NCBI GenBank assembly: GCA_043813605.1
Contig: JBDRKX010000096.1
Coordinates: 1 to 50,492, forward strand
Direction of reading: 5' to 3'
Length of the DNA stretch: 50,492 nt
DNA from: Elusimicrobiota bacterium
GTDB taxonomy: Bacteria > CG03 > SLGR01 > JBDRKX01
Positions 38,827 to 48,207 of this stretch are shown here, in pieces. The notes under the pieces are model-generated. The model worked only from the letters and a program-made list of their open reading frames with translations. It searched no databases and was not told the DNA's origin. Within the stretch, counting starts at the first letter, position 1, and every line of letters starts with the position of its first letter. Position numbers and translations under genes: made by a program.

Positions 38827-41241
38827 TCAGTCCGCTTTATGCTCTTCCTTGCCGTATTTATGCACAATATCGGTGTATTTTTTCAGCTTTTCATCGGCCA
38901 TTCTGAAGACGGAATCTTTTGAGAACCCTCCGCTCTTAAGCCGGTTTCCGGCTTTGACTCCGGTCAGTATCTCTATGCCTTCCTGTATCCTGGATACGGG
39001 ATATATATGGAAATCACCTTTTCCCACGGCATCAACAACATCGTCATTCAGCATAAGGTGTTTCACATTGCGCTGCGGTATTACAACACCCTGTTTCCCT
39101 GTAAGCCCCTTCAACTTGCATACTCTGAAAAAACCTTCGACCTTTTCGTTAACACCGCCGATAGGCTGCACATTCCCGTTCTGATCCACTGAACCGGTAA
39201 CAGCTATGTCCTGTCTGAGAGGCAGTTCTGAAAGACTTGAAAGCAGGCAGTATAGCTCCGTACTTGACGCGCTATCCCCGTCTATTTCGTCATACAGCTG
39301 TTCAAAACATATACTGGCTGAAAATACCAGCGGTTTGTCCTGTCCGAAGAGATGTCCGACGTAACTGCTCAATATCATCACTCCTTTTGAATGGATCTTC
39401 CCGCTGAGCCTGATCTCCCTCTCTATGTTCATCACGTTACGCCGGCCGTTGAAGGTCTTGACTGTTATCCTTGAAGGTTTGCCGAAACTGTAATCACCCA
39501 TATCGTATACGCACAGTCCGTTTATCTGTCCCACCCTGGAGCCGGTGGTTTCAATGATAATCGTATTTTCTTCTATCATCTCATTCAGTTTGTTATCGAT
39601 CATGTTGGAACGGTAGGTTTTTTCTTCCAGTGCCTTGACTACATGGTTCTTCTCCACTACTTTTGCCTTTTTTGTCCTTGCCCAGTAGCAGGCTTCACGG
39701 ATGATATCTTCTATATCGATGAATTTTGCCGTGAGTTTTTTCTTATGGTCGCTTATCCTTGAACTGTAATCTATGATCTTGGCAACGGCATCCCGTGTTA
39801 AAGGAAGCAGGTTTTCCTGTCGGCATTTTGTCGCTATCAGCTGGGCATATTTATTTACCATACTGCCTGTTTTTTCTATGGTTGTGTCAAAATCAGCCTT
39901 AACCTTAAAGAGCTTTCTGAAGTCTTCATCGTAAAGATAAAGCAGGTGGTATATATAGGGATTGCCTATGATTATGACTTTAATGTCCAGCGTTACAGGT
40001 TCAGGTTTCAGTGTGGCGGTCGAAATGAGGCCGTAAACATCCCCGAGATTCTCTATCTTAGCCTTTTTGTATTTCATGACTTTCTTGAGTGCTTCCCATG
40101 TATAATAGTCCTTGAAGATGTCCATAGCCTGAAGGATAAGATATCCTCCGTTGGCCCTGTGGACAGCGCCCGGCTTGATCATGGTAAAATCCGTTGAGAG
40201 CACTCCCATCTGGGCAATATGCTCGATTGTACCTAAAAGGTTCCTGTAAAGCGGATTATGTTCAATTATCACCGGCGCGCCTTCAGTATCGGAATTATCT
40301 ATCAGGAGGTTAACCTTATATTTATTAAACAGGCTGTCAGTTGAATTCTGGAACTGCATGAACTGTGTCTGTTCCGATTCCTCATATTTCTTGAAGAAAC
40401 TCAGGTTATCCAGTATATCTTCTACAACATTGTCAAGGTGTTCCATTATGATCTTATAGGATTTATACTTGCCCTTAATATCGTCGATCAACAGCCACAT
40501 GGTGAAGAAACCTATTTTTTTATCGAGCTCTTCGATCTCTTTTTTCTTCTTGACCTGTATACTTCTTATATTCCTGGTAAACTCGTATATCTTTTCATGT
40601 ATTTCTTTCTGGTCGTCTTCGAGTTTTTTCTTTTCTTCCGGGGTCAGCTTGGTATAGTCCTGATCTTTCATAGGTTTGCCGTCTATCAGCGGAAGAACAA
40701 GAAGCCCCGTGAGCGATTGTTGTATGGTAAACCCCATTGATTTCGCATATTCTTCGAGTTCAAGCGAAAGCTTTTCCTTTTCTTCCTTTATCTCTTCGAG
40801 CAGTTCTTTTTTCTTATCTTCATAATCCTTGCCGGAGAACGCTTTTACTATCTCGGTCTCCAGTTCTTTAATAAACTCTTCCATATCATCTTCGAACTGA
40901 CTGCCCATGCCGGCTGGGAGCGTTAGCGCCCTTGGTTCATCCGGATTATCGAAATTATAAAGATAGCATATATCTTCAGGAACAGGTTCTCTGGCAGCTA
41001 TCTCCTTTACAGTATTCATTATAGCCGTACTTCTTCCGGTACCAGGTATGCCCGATACATAAAGATTGAACCCATCGCTCTTTATCCTCAACCCGAATCC
41101 TATTGCCTTTAAAGCCCTGTTCTGGCTTATTATCACTTCGCCCTCGCTTATTTCTTCTGTTGTTTTAAACTTAAAGACTTTCGGATCGCACTCGTTCCTG
41201 AGTTCCTTTGCTTTCAGTTCCTTATATATCTTCTTGACCAT
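38827..41241 (-). CDS. Lon-family protease, LonC-like
   Basis: Degenerate Walker A (GIPGTGRS), coiled coil, GAVHRANGGYL, DGDSASSTE catalytic Ser, IGGVNEK. Confidence 0.88.
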   Translation of the reverse strand: MVKKIYKELKAKELRNECDPKVFKFKTTEEISEGEVIISQNRALKAIGFGLRIKSDGFNLYVSGIPGTGRSTAIMNTVKEIAAREPVPEDICYLYNFDNPDEPRALTLPAGMGSQFEDDMEEFIKELETEIVKAFSGKDYEDKKKELLEEIKEEKEKLSLELEEYAKSMGFTIQQSLTGLLVLPLIDGKPMKDQDYTKLTPEEKKKLEDDQKEIHEKIYEFTRNIRSIQVKKKKEIEELDKKIGFFTMWLLIDDIKGKYKSYKIIMEHLDNVVEDILDNLSFFKKYEESEQTQFMQFQNSTDSLFNKYKVNLLIDNSDTEGAPVIIEHNPLYRNLLGTIEHIAQMGVLSTDFTMIKPGAVHRANGGYLILQAMDIFKDYYTWEALKKVMKYKKAKIENLGDVYGLISTATLKPEPVTLDIKVIIIGNPYIYHLLYLYDEDFRKLFKVKADFDTTIEKTGSMVNKYAQLIATKCRQENLLPLTRDAVAKIIDYSSRISDHKKKLTAKFIDIEDIIREACYWARTKKAKVVEKNHVVKALEEKTYRSNMIDNKLNEMIEENTIIIETTGSRVGQINGLCVYDMGDYSFGKPSRITVKTFNGRRNVMNIEREIRLSGKIHSKGVMILSSYVGHLFGQDKPLVFSASICFEQLYDEIDGDSASSTELYCLLSSLSELPLRQDIAVTGSVDQNGNVQPIGGVNEKVEGFFRVCKLKGLTGKQGVVIPQRNVKHLMLNDDVVDAVGKGDFHIYPVSRIQEGIEILTGVKAGNRLKSGGFSKDSVFRMADEKLKKYTDIVHKYGKEEHKAD

Positions 41242-41273
41242 TTATACCTCCTGGTTCCGAGAGTGACATGCAC

Positions 41274-41474
41274 TCAACTCAAAATCCCTTTAATTATCAG
41301 ATCGATAACATCGTCTTCTGTCAGGCCTCTTGCCATCAATGTATTCAGCTGTTTACCGTCCACACTTCCTGTAGCGGCTTCATGGGTAACATGCGCCTTT
41401 GGATGCCTGACATTATCGATTATCTTCCGGCCGGAAATATCCAGGGTTAGATTTTCAGTTTTCAGAAGTTCCAT
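41274..41474 (-). pseudogene. In-frame fusion remnant: SufC-like ABC ATPase N-terminus joined to a SufB/D-like C-terminus
   Basis: MELLKTENLTLDISGRKIIDN (ABC start, stops before Walker A) + VRHPKAHVTHEAATGSVD.KQL.TLMARGL.EDD..DLII.G. Confidence 0.75.
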
Positions 41475-41491
41475 ACAGTATAACCGGTGTA

Positions 41492-41869
41492 TTACTTGGT
41501 TTTCTCAGGAACTTCCTTTTTCTTTACGATGTATTCTCCCGTATAACTGCCGCCTTTATTGCAATCCGCCCGGACTTTTATCGTGTTACCCAGGTTTGCA
41601 TCGACAACAAGATAGACAGCCACCTGTTTTTCCACGTATATCTGGCTGCCGAATGACTGTTCAGCTATAAGCCGGTCATCCAGATAAACAGATACATCTT
41701 CTATATAGTGTTCTTTCGGATTCTTTACTTCGTGGTTCATGATCACTATCAGCACCTTGGTATCGGTATCATAACTGAAAGTCATTTTGGAGGGCGGGTG
41801 TGAATATGAGTATCCTCCTGCAGCAAATATCATTACCAAGAGAACCAGTACTATCTTTTTTATGTTCAT
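41492..41869 (-). CDS. Small exported protein with His/Cys motifs (SoxZ/superoxide-reductase-like, tentative)
   Basis: GGAGGT + ATG 41869; signal peptide; mature HPP..., HEV....EHYI, CNKGG. Confidence 0.55.
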   Translation of the reverse strand: MNIKKIVLVLLVMIFAAGGYSYSHPPSKMTFSYDTDTKVLIVIMNHEVKNPKEHYIEDVSVYLDDRLIAEQSFGSQIYVEKQVAVYLVVDANLGNTIKVRADCNKGGSYTGEYIVKKKEVPEKTK

Positions 41870-42033
41870 TCTAACCTCCACTTTAATAAAATACTTAAAA
41901 TCAGACAGCCGCCGGACGAATCCCGGATCAATAACCCATCTTTATTATAATTTATTTATGAGTCAATAATAAAATATTGTCAAGTATAATATAAACTATA
42001 AGCCAAATTACGTAAAAATCAAGCACCCCTTTT

Positions 42034-42900
42034 CTATCCCGTTACAGAAATCAGTTTCGTACCGTCGAGACGAAGGATATCCCTGTTCCTCCACCATGTA
42101 AGTTGCTGTTTTGCGTAATTCCTTGTTGCTTTTTTTATCTCGCCGACCGCACCTGCAATGTCCTGCCGGTTTTCTATATATGGTATCAGCTGCCTGTAGC
42201 CCACTCCTTCGAAAACAGGCGCATCCGGACCATACCTGGTATACAGTTCGCGCACCTCGTCAACCAGGCCTTGAGAGATCATCTTATCCACCCTCTTATC
42301 GATCCTATTATAAAGTGTTTCTCTTTTCCATTCAATTGTCAGTAACTTGAAGTTATACGAGGGAGGCTTTGTCTCGAGTATGTACTCACTCATCCTTTTG
42401 CCGGAACTCCTGTATATACCCAGCGCCCTTATAATCCTCTTTCTCATATTAGGATGCAGTTCTGACGCCCTTTTAGGATCAACTCTGCAAAGTTCTTCAT
42501 AAAGATCTTCCGATGACAGGGATTCAAGTTCTCTGATTATTTTACTGGATACTTCGGGCATATCAGCCAGTCCCTCTGTCAGTTTCATAACATACAGCGC
42601 GGTTCCGCCGGCTATAACCGGCAGCTTTTTCCGTGAATGAAGACTGTCTATGATGCTTGAGGCATCCCTGCAGAACGAACCGACATCATATCTGTCATCG
42701 GGGCTTATCATATCCATGAGGTGATAGTTCACATTATCCCTGTATTCTGACGGCGGCTTCGAAGTACCGATATCCGCTGTGCGGTAGACTTTCATGGAAT
42801 CGGCTACGATCACTTCCCCGCCTGTATTTTTTGCGATGAGATAGGCAAGCCGGCTTTTGCCGCTTGCAGTCGGACCGGCAATCACCAGGACATCGTTCAT
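42034..42900 (-). CDS. miaA: tRNA dimethylallyltransferase
   Basis: IAGPTASGKS, DSMKVY..DIGTSKP, GGTALY, TRNYAKQQLTW; start MNDVLVI at 42900. Confidence 0.96.
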   Translation of the reverse strand: MNDVLVIAGPTASGKSRLAYLIAKNTGGEVIVADSMKVYRTADIGTSKPPSEYRDNVNYHLMDMISPDDRYDVGSFCRDASSIIDSLHSRKKLPVIAGGTALYVMKLTEGLADMPEVSSKIIRELESLSSEDLYEELCRVDPKRASELHPNMRKRIIRALGIYRSSGKRMSEYILETKPPSYNFKLLTIEWKRETLYNRIDKRVDKMISQGLVDEVRELYTRYGPDAPVFEGVGYRQLIPYIENRQDIAGAVGEIKKATRNYAKQQLTWWRNRDILRLDGTKLISVTG

Positions 42901-42905
42901 AATAT

Positions 42906-44687
42906 CTACCTGGAGAATTTTGAATCCAGTTCGGATTCCCTGATACGCATGATAACTGGCCTGCCGTGGGGACACCGGTGAGGCACATCGCATTTATTGA
43001 GAAGTGCGACCATCAGCCTCAATTCTTCTTCGTTCATCCTGTCTCCCGCCTTTACTGATGATCTGCATGCGATCATCTTTATTATGGAGTCATTCAGTTC
43101 TGACGGATCGGGCTGTTTCCCCGATTCCTCTATAAGGGATATTATGTTGTCAATCATATCCTTTATATCGGTAGACTCTTTTTCCCTTCCGGCTATAGTA
43201 GTAACGGCCGTAAGCCTGAACATAGAGGGGCCGAATTCCTCCATATGAATACCAAACTTCTGAAGCATATCCAAATTTTGAAGCAGCAGTTCGGCACGCG
43301 AAGGTTCCAGTTGGATGACTTCCGGTATAAGTACGCCCTGACTTTTGACTTCGTTTTTGTTGAACTGTTCTTTCAGTTTCTCGTAGTTTATACGCTCCCA
43401 TGCCGTATGCTGGTCTATCATTACTATACCTTCGCTGTCTTCGCCGACTACATATTTGTTCTTGAACTGGAACCTGGGCAATATTTTTCCCACAGGCATA
43501 TCCCGGATATCCTCTGAAGAGTTTTTGGGGCCGGTAAAAGAAAACCGGGCAACTTTAGAAAGGTCAATTTCTTCAAAATAGTCGGACTGCTTTCTGCCGT
43601 TCTGAAAACCGGCCGGCATGGGTTTTCCCCGATATCCCGCCATGCGCAGACGGGTTTCAGATTGTACTGGCTCCCTTTCATTGACAGTCATGTCGATCTT
43701 TGCCGGAGACGCACCGAGTTCACCCCTTACGACTTTCATCAGTATTTCATGCACACCGTGCTGGTTTACGAATTTAACTTCCTTTTTTGCCGGATGCACA
43801 TTAACATCCACCAGGTCGGGTTTTATACCTACATTTAACATAGCCGCCGGGAACCGCCCTTTCGGTATGAACGGTTCATACGCCCGTGTCAGCGCATGGA
43901 TCATTACCGGGGATGAAACAGGCCTGGAATTCACGAAGAAATATATCCTGTTCCTGTTAACGAAAGAGATGTCGGGTTTACTTATAAAACCTGTTACTTT
44001 GATAAACGGGTTTTCAAAATCTATTCCCATCGCATTACCTGACATCTCTTTGCCGAATACGGATGTGAACCTTTCCAGCGGATCCGATGCTGTCATATCC
44101 ATTATTGTCTTCTTTCCTGACCGCAAAAGAAAAGCGATATCAGGCCGGGACAGAGCCAGCGACTCTACGACAGATATGATATTCCTTCTCTCAGTTGATT
44201 CGGATTTAAGGAACTTTTTCCTTACCGGGATAGAGAAGAAGATATCTTCCGCCCTGACAGTAGTACCGGATGCCCTTGCAGCGATCTCCAGGTTGATCTC
44301 TTTATCCGAGATCTTAAGCGCGTAAGCATCATCCGCACTGCTGTCTCTTGATACCACGCTGACTTTGCATACCGCCGCTATCGAAGGAAGCGCTTCCCCC
44401 CTGAACCCGAGTGTCTCAATAGTGTAAAGATCCTCAACCTTTTTGAGCTTTGATGTCGCATGTCTCTTAAAGGCCTGGCTTATCTCATCTTTTTCCATAC
44501 CTGTCCCGTTGTCGGAAACCTCTATCATATTGATACCGCCGCCTTCAAAGGCTATTTCTATTTTTGTCGATCCTGCATCAATTGAATTCTCCACCAGTTC
44601 TTTGACTATCGAAGCCGGCCGCTCGATCACTTCACCCGCCGCGATCTTTTTCACGACTTCTTCAGGCAGCAGTCTAATCTTCATCAT
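42906..44687 (-). CDS. mutL: DNA mismatch repair endonuclease MutL
   Basis: IAAGEVIERPAS, GFRGEAL, VDVNVHPAK, DQHTAWER, ACR, CPHGRP. Confidence 0.98.
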   Translation of the reverse strand: MMKIRLLPEEVVKKIAAGEVIERPASIVKELVENSIDAGSTKIEIAFEGGGINMIEVSDNGTGMEKDEISQAFKRHATSKLKKVEDLYTIETLGFRGEALPSIAAVCKVSVVSRDSSADDAYALKISDKEINLEIAARASGTTVRAEDIFFSIPVRKKFLKSESTERRNIISVVESLALSRPDIAFLLRSGKKTIMDMTASDPLERFTSVFGKEMSGNAMGIDFENPFIKVTGFISKPDISFVNRNRIYFFVNSRPVSSPVMIHALTRAYEPFIPKGRFPAAMLNVGIKPDLVDVNVHPAKKEVKFVNQHGVHEILMKVVRGELGASPAKIDMTVNEREPVQSETRLRMAGYRGKPMPAGFQNGRKQSDYFEEIDLSKVARFSFTGPKNSSEDIRDMPVGKILPRFQFKNKYVVGEDSEGIVMIDQHTAWERINYEKLKEQFNKNEVKSQGVLIPEVIQLEPSRAELLLQNLDMLQKFGIHMEEFGPSMFRLTAVTTIAGREKESTDIKDMIDNIISLIEESGKQPDPSELNDSIIKMIACRSSVKAGDRMNEEELRLMVALLNKCDVPHRCPHGRPVIMRIRESELDSKFSR

Positions 44688-47265
44688 CGATCTCCTTTTT
44701 CCACTCTCCGATGAGACTGAACAGTTCCAGCGGCGTTACCCTGTCGAGATCCAGTTTACTGATCTTTTTTCTGTAGTTATCTCCAGAGACATATTCACCG
44801 AAAAGGTTCAATTGGTTCTCTTCTTCGGTCATATTAGCGGCCCTGGGGAGGCCCTTGTCATCGAGCTGTTCTTCTTCAAGTGTCCTGAAAACGTCCCATG
44901 CCCTGTCAATGACTTTGCGCGGTACTCCGGCAAGCTGGGCACAGTGTATCCCGTATGATTTATCGGCACTTCCTTCCTGAAGCTTGCGCAGGAAAACCAC
45001 TTTTTTCCTGTCCTTCCATTCCCTAACGGCAAAATTATAATTCTTTACCTTTTCTATATATGCTGAAAGCTCTGTCAGTTCGAAATAATGCGTGGCAAAA
45101 AGTGTGCGGGCCTTGAGAGCCGCTATCTCTTCGATGACCGCCCATGCTATGCTGATACCGTCAAAGGTGGAAGTCCCCCGTCCGACTTCGTCCATGATCA
45201 GGAGACTCTCTGATGTAGCATTATTGAGTATAGTCGCCACCTCTGTCATCTCTACCATGAAAGTTGATTCTCCGCCGGCAAGGTTCTCGCTTGCCCCGAT
45301 CCTTGTGAATATCCTGTCTGTCATGCCTATACGCGCTTCAGCCGCAGGTACATATGAACCCATCTGCGCCATTACGGTTATTATTGCCACCTGTTTAAGG
45401 TATGTCGATTTTCCCGACATGTTCGGACCGGTGATTATCATTATCTGATCTTTTTCCTTGTCCAATACCGTGTCATTCGGTATGAACTGGTTTACTCCCA
45501 TATTCTTTTCTACCACCGGATGCCTGCCGTTTCTGATAACTATCTCATCCCATTCTCCGATATGCGGTTTGGTGTATGAGTATTTTCTTGCGGCGGTAGA
45601 AAAACTGTTTATAACATCTATGATAGAGATGAGTTCCGCATTGCGTTGTATCGAAGATGAACTGCATATCACCAGGTTCCGCAGGTCGCAGAAGATACTG
45701 TATTCGAGAGCCGCCCTTTTCTCTTCCGCCCCGAGTATGGAATCCTCCCTCTGTTTAAGTTCCTCGGTTATATATCTTTCCGAGTTAACGAGTGTCTGCT
45801 TGCGCTGGTAATCGACCGGCACTTTTGAAGAATGTGTCTTGGTAACTTCTATATAATAACCGTGTACCCTGTTATAACCGACTTTGAGGCTCGGTATGGA
45901 AAGTCTTTTGCGCTCCTGTTTTTCCAGGTCCGCCACCCATTTTTTATCACCGCTGGTTATATCCATGAATTTATCAAGTTCCTCCGAATATCCTCTTTTG
46001 ATTATCTTTCCTTCTTTTACCGCAAGCGGCGGTGAGTCCACGATTGCGGTTTCCAGTTCCCCTACCAGTTCCTCCAGCGGTTCCAGCTTTCCGGCTATCC
46101 CGGCGATCATATCGGATTTCAATCCTTTGATAAGATTCTTAAGCTGCGGTATGACCTTCAGCGATTCCCTCAATGCCAGAAGATCCCTCGCGTTACAACT
46201 GCCGAATGCTGTCTTTGACAGTATTCTCTCCATATCACTGACAAGCTTGAGGAGATCGGATACATCCTTTGATATCTCAGGGTTATTAACCAGCTCTTCG
46301 ACACCGTTATGTCTTTTAACTATTCCGTCTTTGTCCTTAAGCGGCCTCAGTATCCAGTTCGTAAGCCTTCTTTTACCCATTGCCGTATCAGTGAAATCAA
46401 GGACATCAAAAAGCGTGTTCTTTTTCCTGCCGTCCTGGAGGTTCCTTATGAGTTCCAGGTTTTCTTGTGTATTTCTGTCCAGTATCATATTGGAATCAAT
46501 AGTATAGAGCTTAAAATTCTTGAGCCTGATCTTCTGGCCTTTCTGGGTTTCCGAAAGGTATTCTATCAATCCGCCGCATGCTGACGTGACCGCAGGGCTC
46601 CTGTCGAGTTCCCATCCTTTCAGTGTATTAACCTCAAAATAATCTTTTACCGTATCCTCTGCGCGCTGCGCCGTGAAATACCATCCGTCTTTTCTGGAAA
46701 CGGCAACTGCCGGGAACCTGGTTTTCAGAAAATCTTCAAACTCAGCGTGGTCATCAGGGATCACAGCTTCTTTTACGGGCAGCCTGGAAAACTCGCTTTC
46801 TATCCGCTGAAAATCCTCCGCAAGGCAGCCCATGAAATCGCCCGTTGATATATCGGCCATCGCTATCCCGTAACCGTCTTTCCCTTTTGCCAGCGCCACA
46901 AGAAAATTATTAGAATCTTCAGTAAGAAGATCATCCTCTATTATCGTCCCCGGCGTAATTACCCTGACAACTTCACGCTTTACTATACCCTTAGCTTTTG
47001 ACGGATCTTCGACCTGCTCGCATATTGCTACGCTTTTGGATTTGTTCAGAAGTTTTTTAATGTATTTAGTAGCGGAATGGTACGGTACTCCGCAAAGCGG
47101 CATATCCTGCCTTTTGGTAAGTGTCACTTCCATTAATTTGGAAGCTTCTATTGCATCATCGCCGAAAAGCTCGTAAAAATCACCAAGCCGGAAAAAGAGA
47201 AGAGTATCCGGGTACTGCGATTTGATATTCTGGTACTGTTTGACTAGAGGAGTTTCTTTTGCCAC
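44674..47265 (-). CDS. mutS: DNA mismatch repair protein MutS
   Basis: GDFYELF, TGPNMSGKST, STFMVEM, DEVGRGT, ATHY. Confidence 0.98.
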   Translation of the reverse strand: MAKETPLVKQYQNIKSQYPDTLLFFRLGDFYELFGDDAIEASKLMEVTLTKRQDMPLCGVPYHSATKYIKKLLNKSKSVAICEQVEDPSKAKGIVKREVVRVITPGTIIEDDLLTEDSNNFLVALAKGKDGYGIAMADISTGDFMGCLAEDFQRIESEFSRLPVKEAVIPDDHAEFEDFLKTRFPAVAVSRKDGWYFTAQRAEDTVKDYFEVNTLKGWELDRSPAVTSACGGLIEYLSETQKGQKIRLKNFKLYTIDSNMILDRNTQENLELIRNLQDGRKKNTLFDVLDFTDTAMGKRRLTNWILRPLKDKDGIVKRHNGVEELVNNPEISKDVSDLLKLVSDMERILSKTAFGSCNARDLLALRESLKVIPQLKNLIKGLKSDMIAGIAGKLEPLEELVGELETAIVDSPPLAVKEGKIIKRGYSEELDKFMDITSGDKKWVADLEKQERKRLSIPSLKVGYNRVHGYYIEVTKTHSSKVPVDYQRKQTLVNSERYITEELKQREDSILGAEEKRAALEYSIFCDLRNLVICSSSSIQRNAELISIIDVINSFSTAARKYSYTKPHIGEWDEIVIRNGRHPVVEKNMGVNQFIPNDTVLDKEKDQIMIITGPNMSGKSTYLKQVAIITVMAQMGSYVPAAEARIGMTDRIFTRIGASENLAGGESTFMVEMTEVATILNNATSESLLIMDEVGRGTSTFDGISIAWAVIEEIAALKARTLFATHYFELTELSAYIEKVKNYNFAVREWKDRKKVVFLRKLQEGSADKSYGIHCAQLAGVPRKVIDRAWDVFRTLEEEQLDDKGLPRAANMTEEENQLNLFGEYVSGDNYRKKISKLDLDRVTPLELFSLIGEWKKEIDDED

Positions 47266-47267
47266 AC

Positions 47268-47624
47268 CTAACGATCATCCCCTGCTTTTGGTTCTCCTTT
47301 TTCCAGGTCTACTCCCGCATCCTGGAGCTTCTCTTCGAGCTGTCCGATCCTCAGATGGAGTTTTTCCTGTTTTGCTTTGAGACTGCCGTTTTCCTTGTTA
47401 AGTACAGCTATCTCTTTTTTAAGCCTGGCCTGCATTATAAATCCCAGTATAGCCGTTATAACTACGCCTATCAGCACCGAACCGAGTACAACGATGACCA
47501 TTGATATACCGGTAAGTATCTCCTTGCCGAAGAAAAGCAGAGAGACACTCTGCTGGTTTGAAACAGCGAAGACCGCCACAAGAAATGCAAAGAGGATCAT
47601 TATGAGAAACTTGAACTGATTCAT
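47268..47624 (-). CDS. lapA: LapA (DUF1049) family membrane protein
   Basis: Two TM helices with FAVSNQQSVSL.F, followed by a coiled coil. Confidence 0.7.
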   Translation of the reverse strand: MNQFKFLIMILFAFLVAVFAVSNQQSVSLLFFGKEILTGISMVIVVLGSVLIGVVITAILGFIMQARLKKEIAVLNKENGSLKAKQEKLHLRIGQLEEKLQDAGVDLEKGEPKAGDDR

Positions 47625-48082
47625 TTTTTATTCGCTCCTTTTTTAGGAAATTCTTTTCTTATTCTTCTCGCGCAGAACGCATGGAAACTGCATTTAGGAA
47701 AACAGGCATCCTCTCCCTTCATAAGATACCTCAGTTCGCATATATCAAAATCTTCAGCCATTTTATCTATTATGTTTTTCATCTGCTCCACCTGGCGGTC
47801 GAACTTGATACCCACAATAAATGTTTCCGTGAATTTCTTGTTCTGTCTTACTACTTTTCCGCTTACTCTCTCATTGATACCCATAAAATCAAGCGTGAGC
47901 TGTATATCCGAACCTACCGGTATCCTTTTAAAAGTGATCATAGCCAGCCCGCCTGCTGAGATATTGACCAGTATGCCCGGTACACTGTCATCCATCCCGT
48001 CAGCCATCATGATAATCCTTATAGGCTGCGCAACTGAAAGAGTAAGCGGCAGCCTCTTATGTCCTCTTCTGTCTACATTCAT
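47621..48082 (-). CDS. PilZ-domain protein with a Cys-rich tail
   Basis: RRGHKR (RxxxR), NISAGG (N/DxSxxG), VGIKF; tail C..C.PKC.FH.FC. Confidence 0.8.
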   Translation of the reverse strand: MNVDRRGHKRLPLTLSVAQPIRIIMMADGMDDSVPGILVNISAGGLAMITFKRIPVGSDIQLTLDFMGINERVSGKVVRQNKKFTETFIVGIKFDRQVEQMKNIIDKMAEDFDICELRYLMKGEDACFPKCSFHAFCARRIRKEFPKKGANKK

Positions 48083-48207
48083 ATGTTACCTCTCTTGGTT
48101 TTATGGGAACAAAATTTATTATAATAATTACCTTATATATCCGATACTGTTACTTTATAGATTTTTTCCGGCATATTTTCAAGTTTACCGACTGAAGATA
48201 CCATGAT

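Noticed and set aside
41940..42000. Fur/PerR or IscR-type operator upstream of the His/Cys protein and suf remnant
   Set aside because: AT-rich partial matches only; no convincing palindrome
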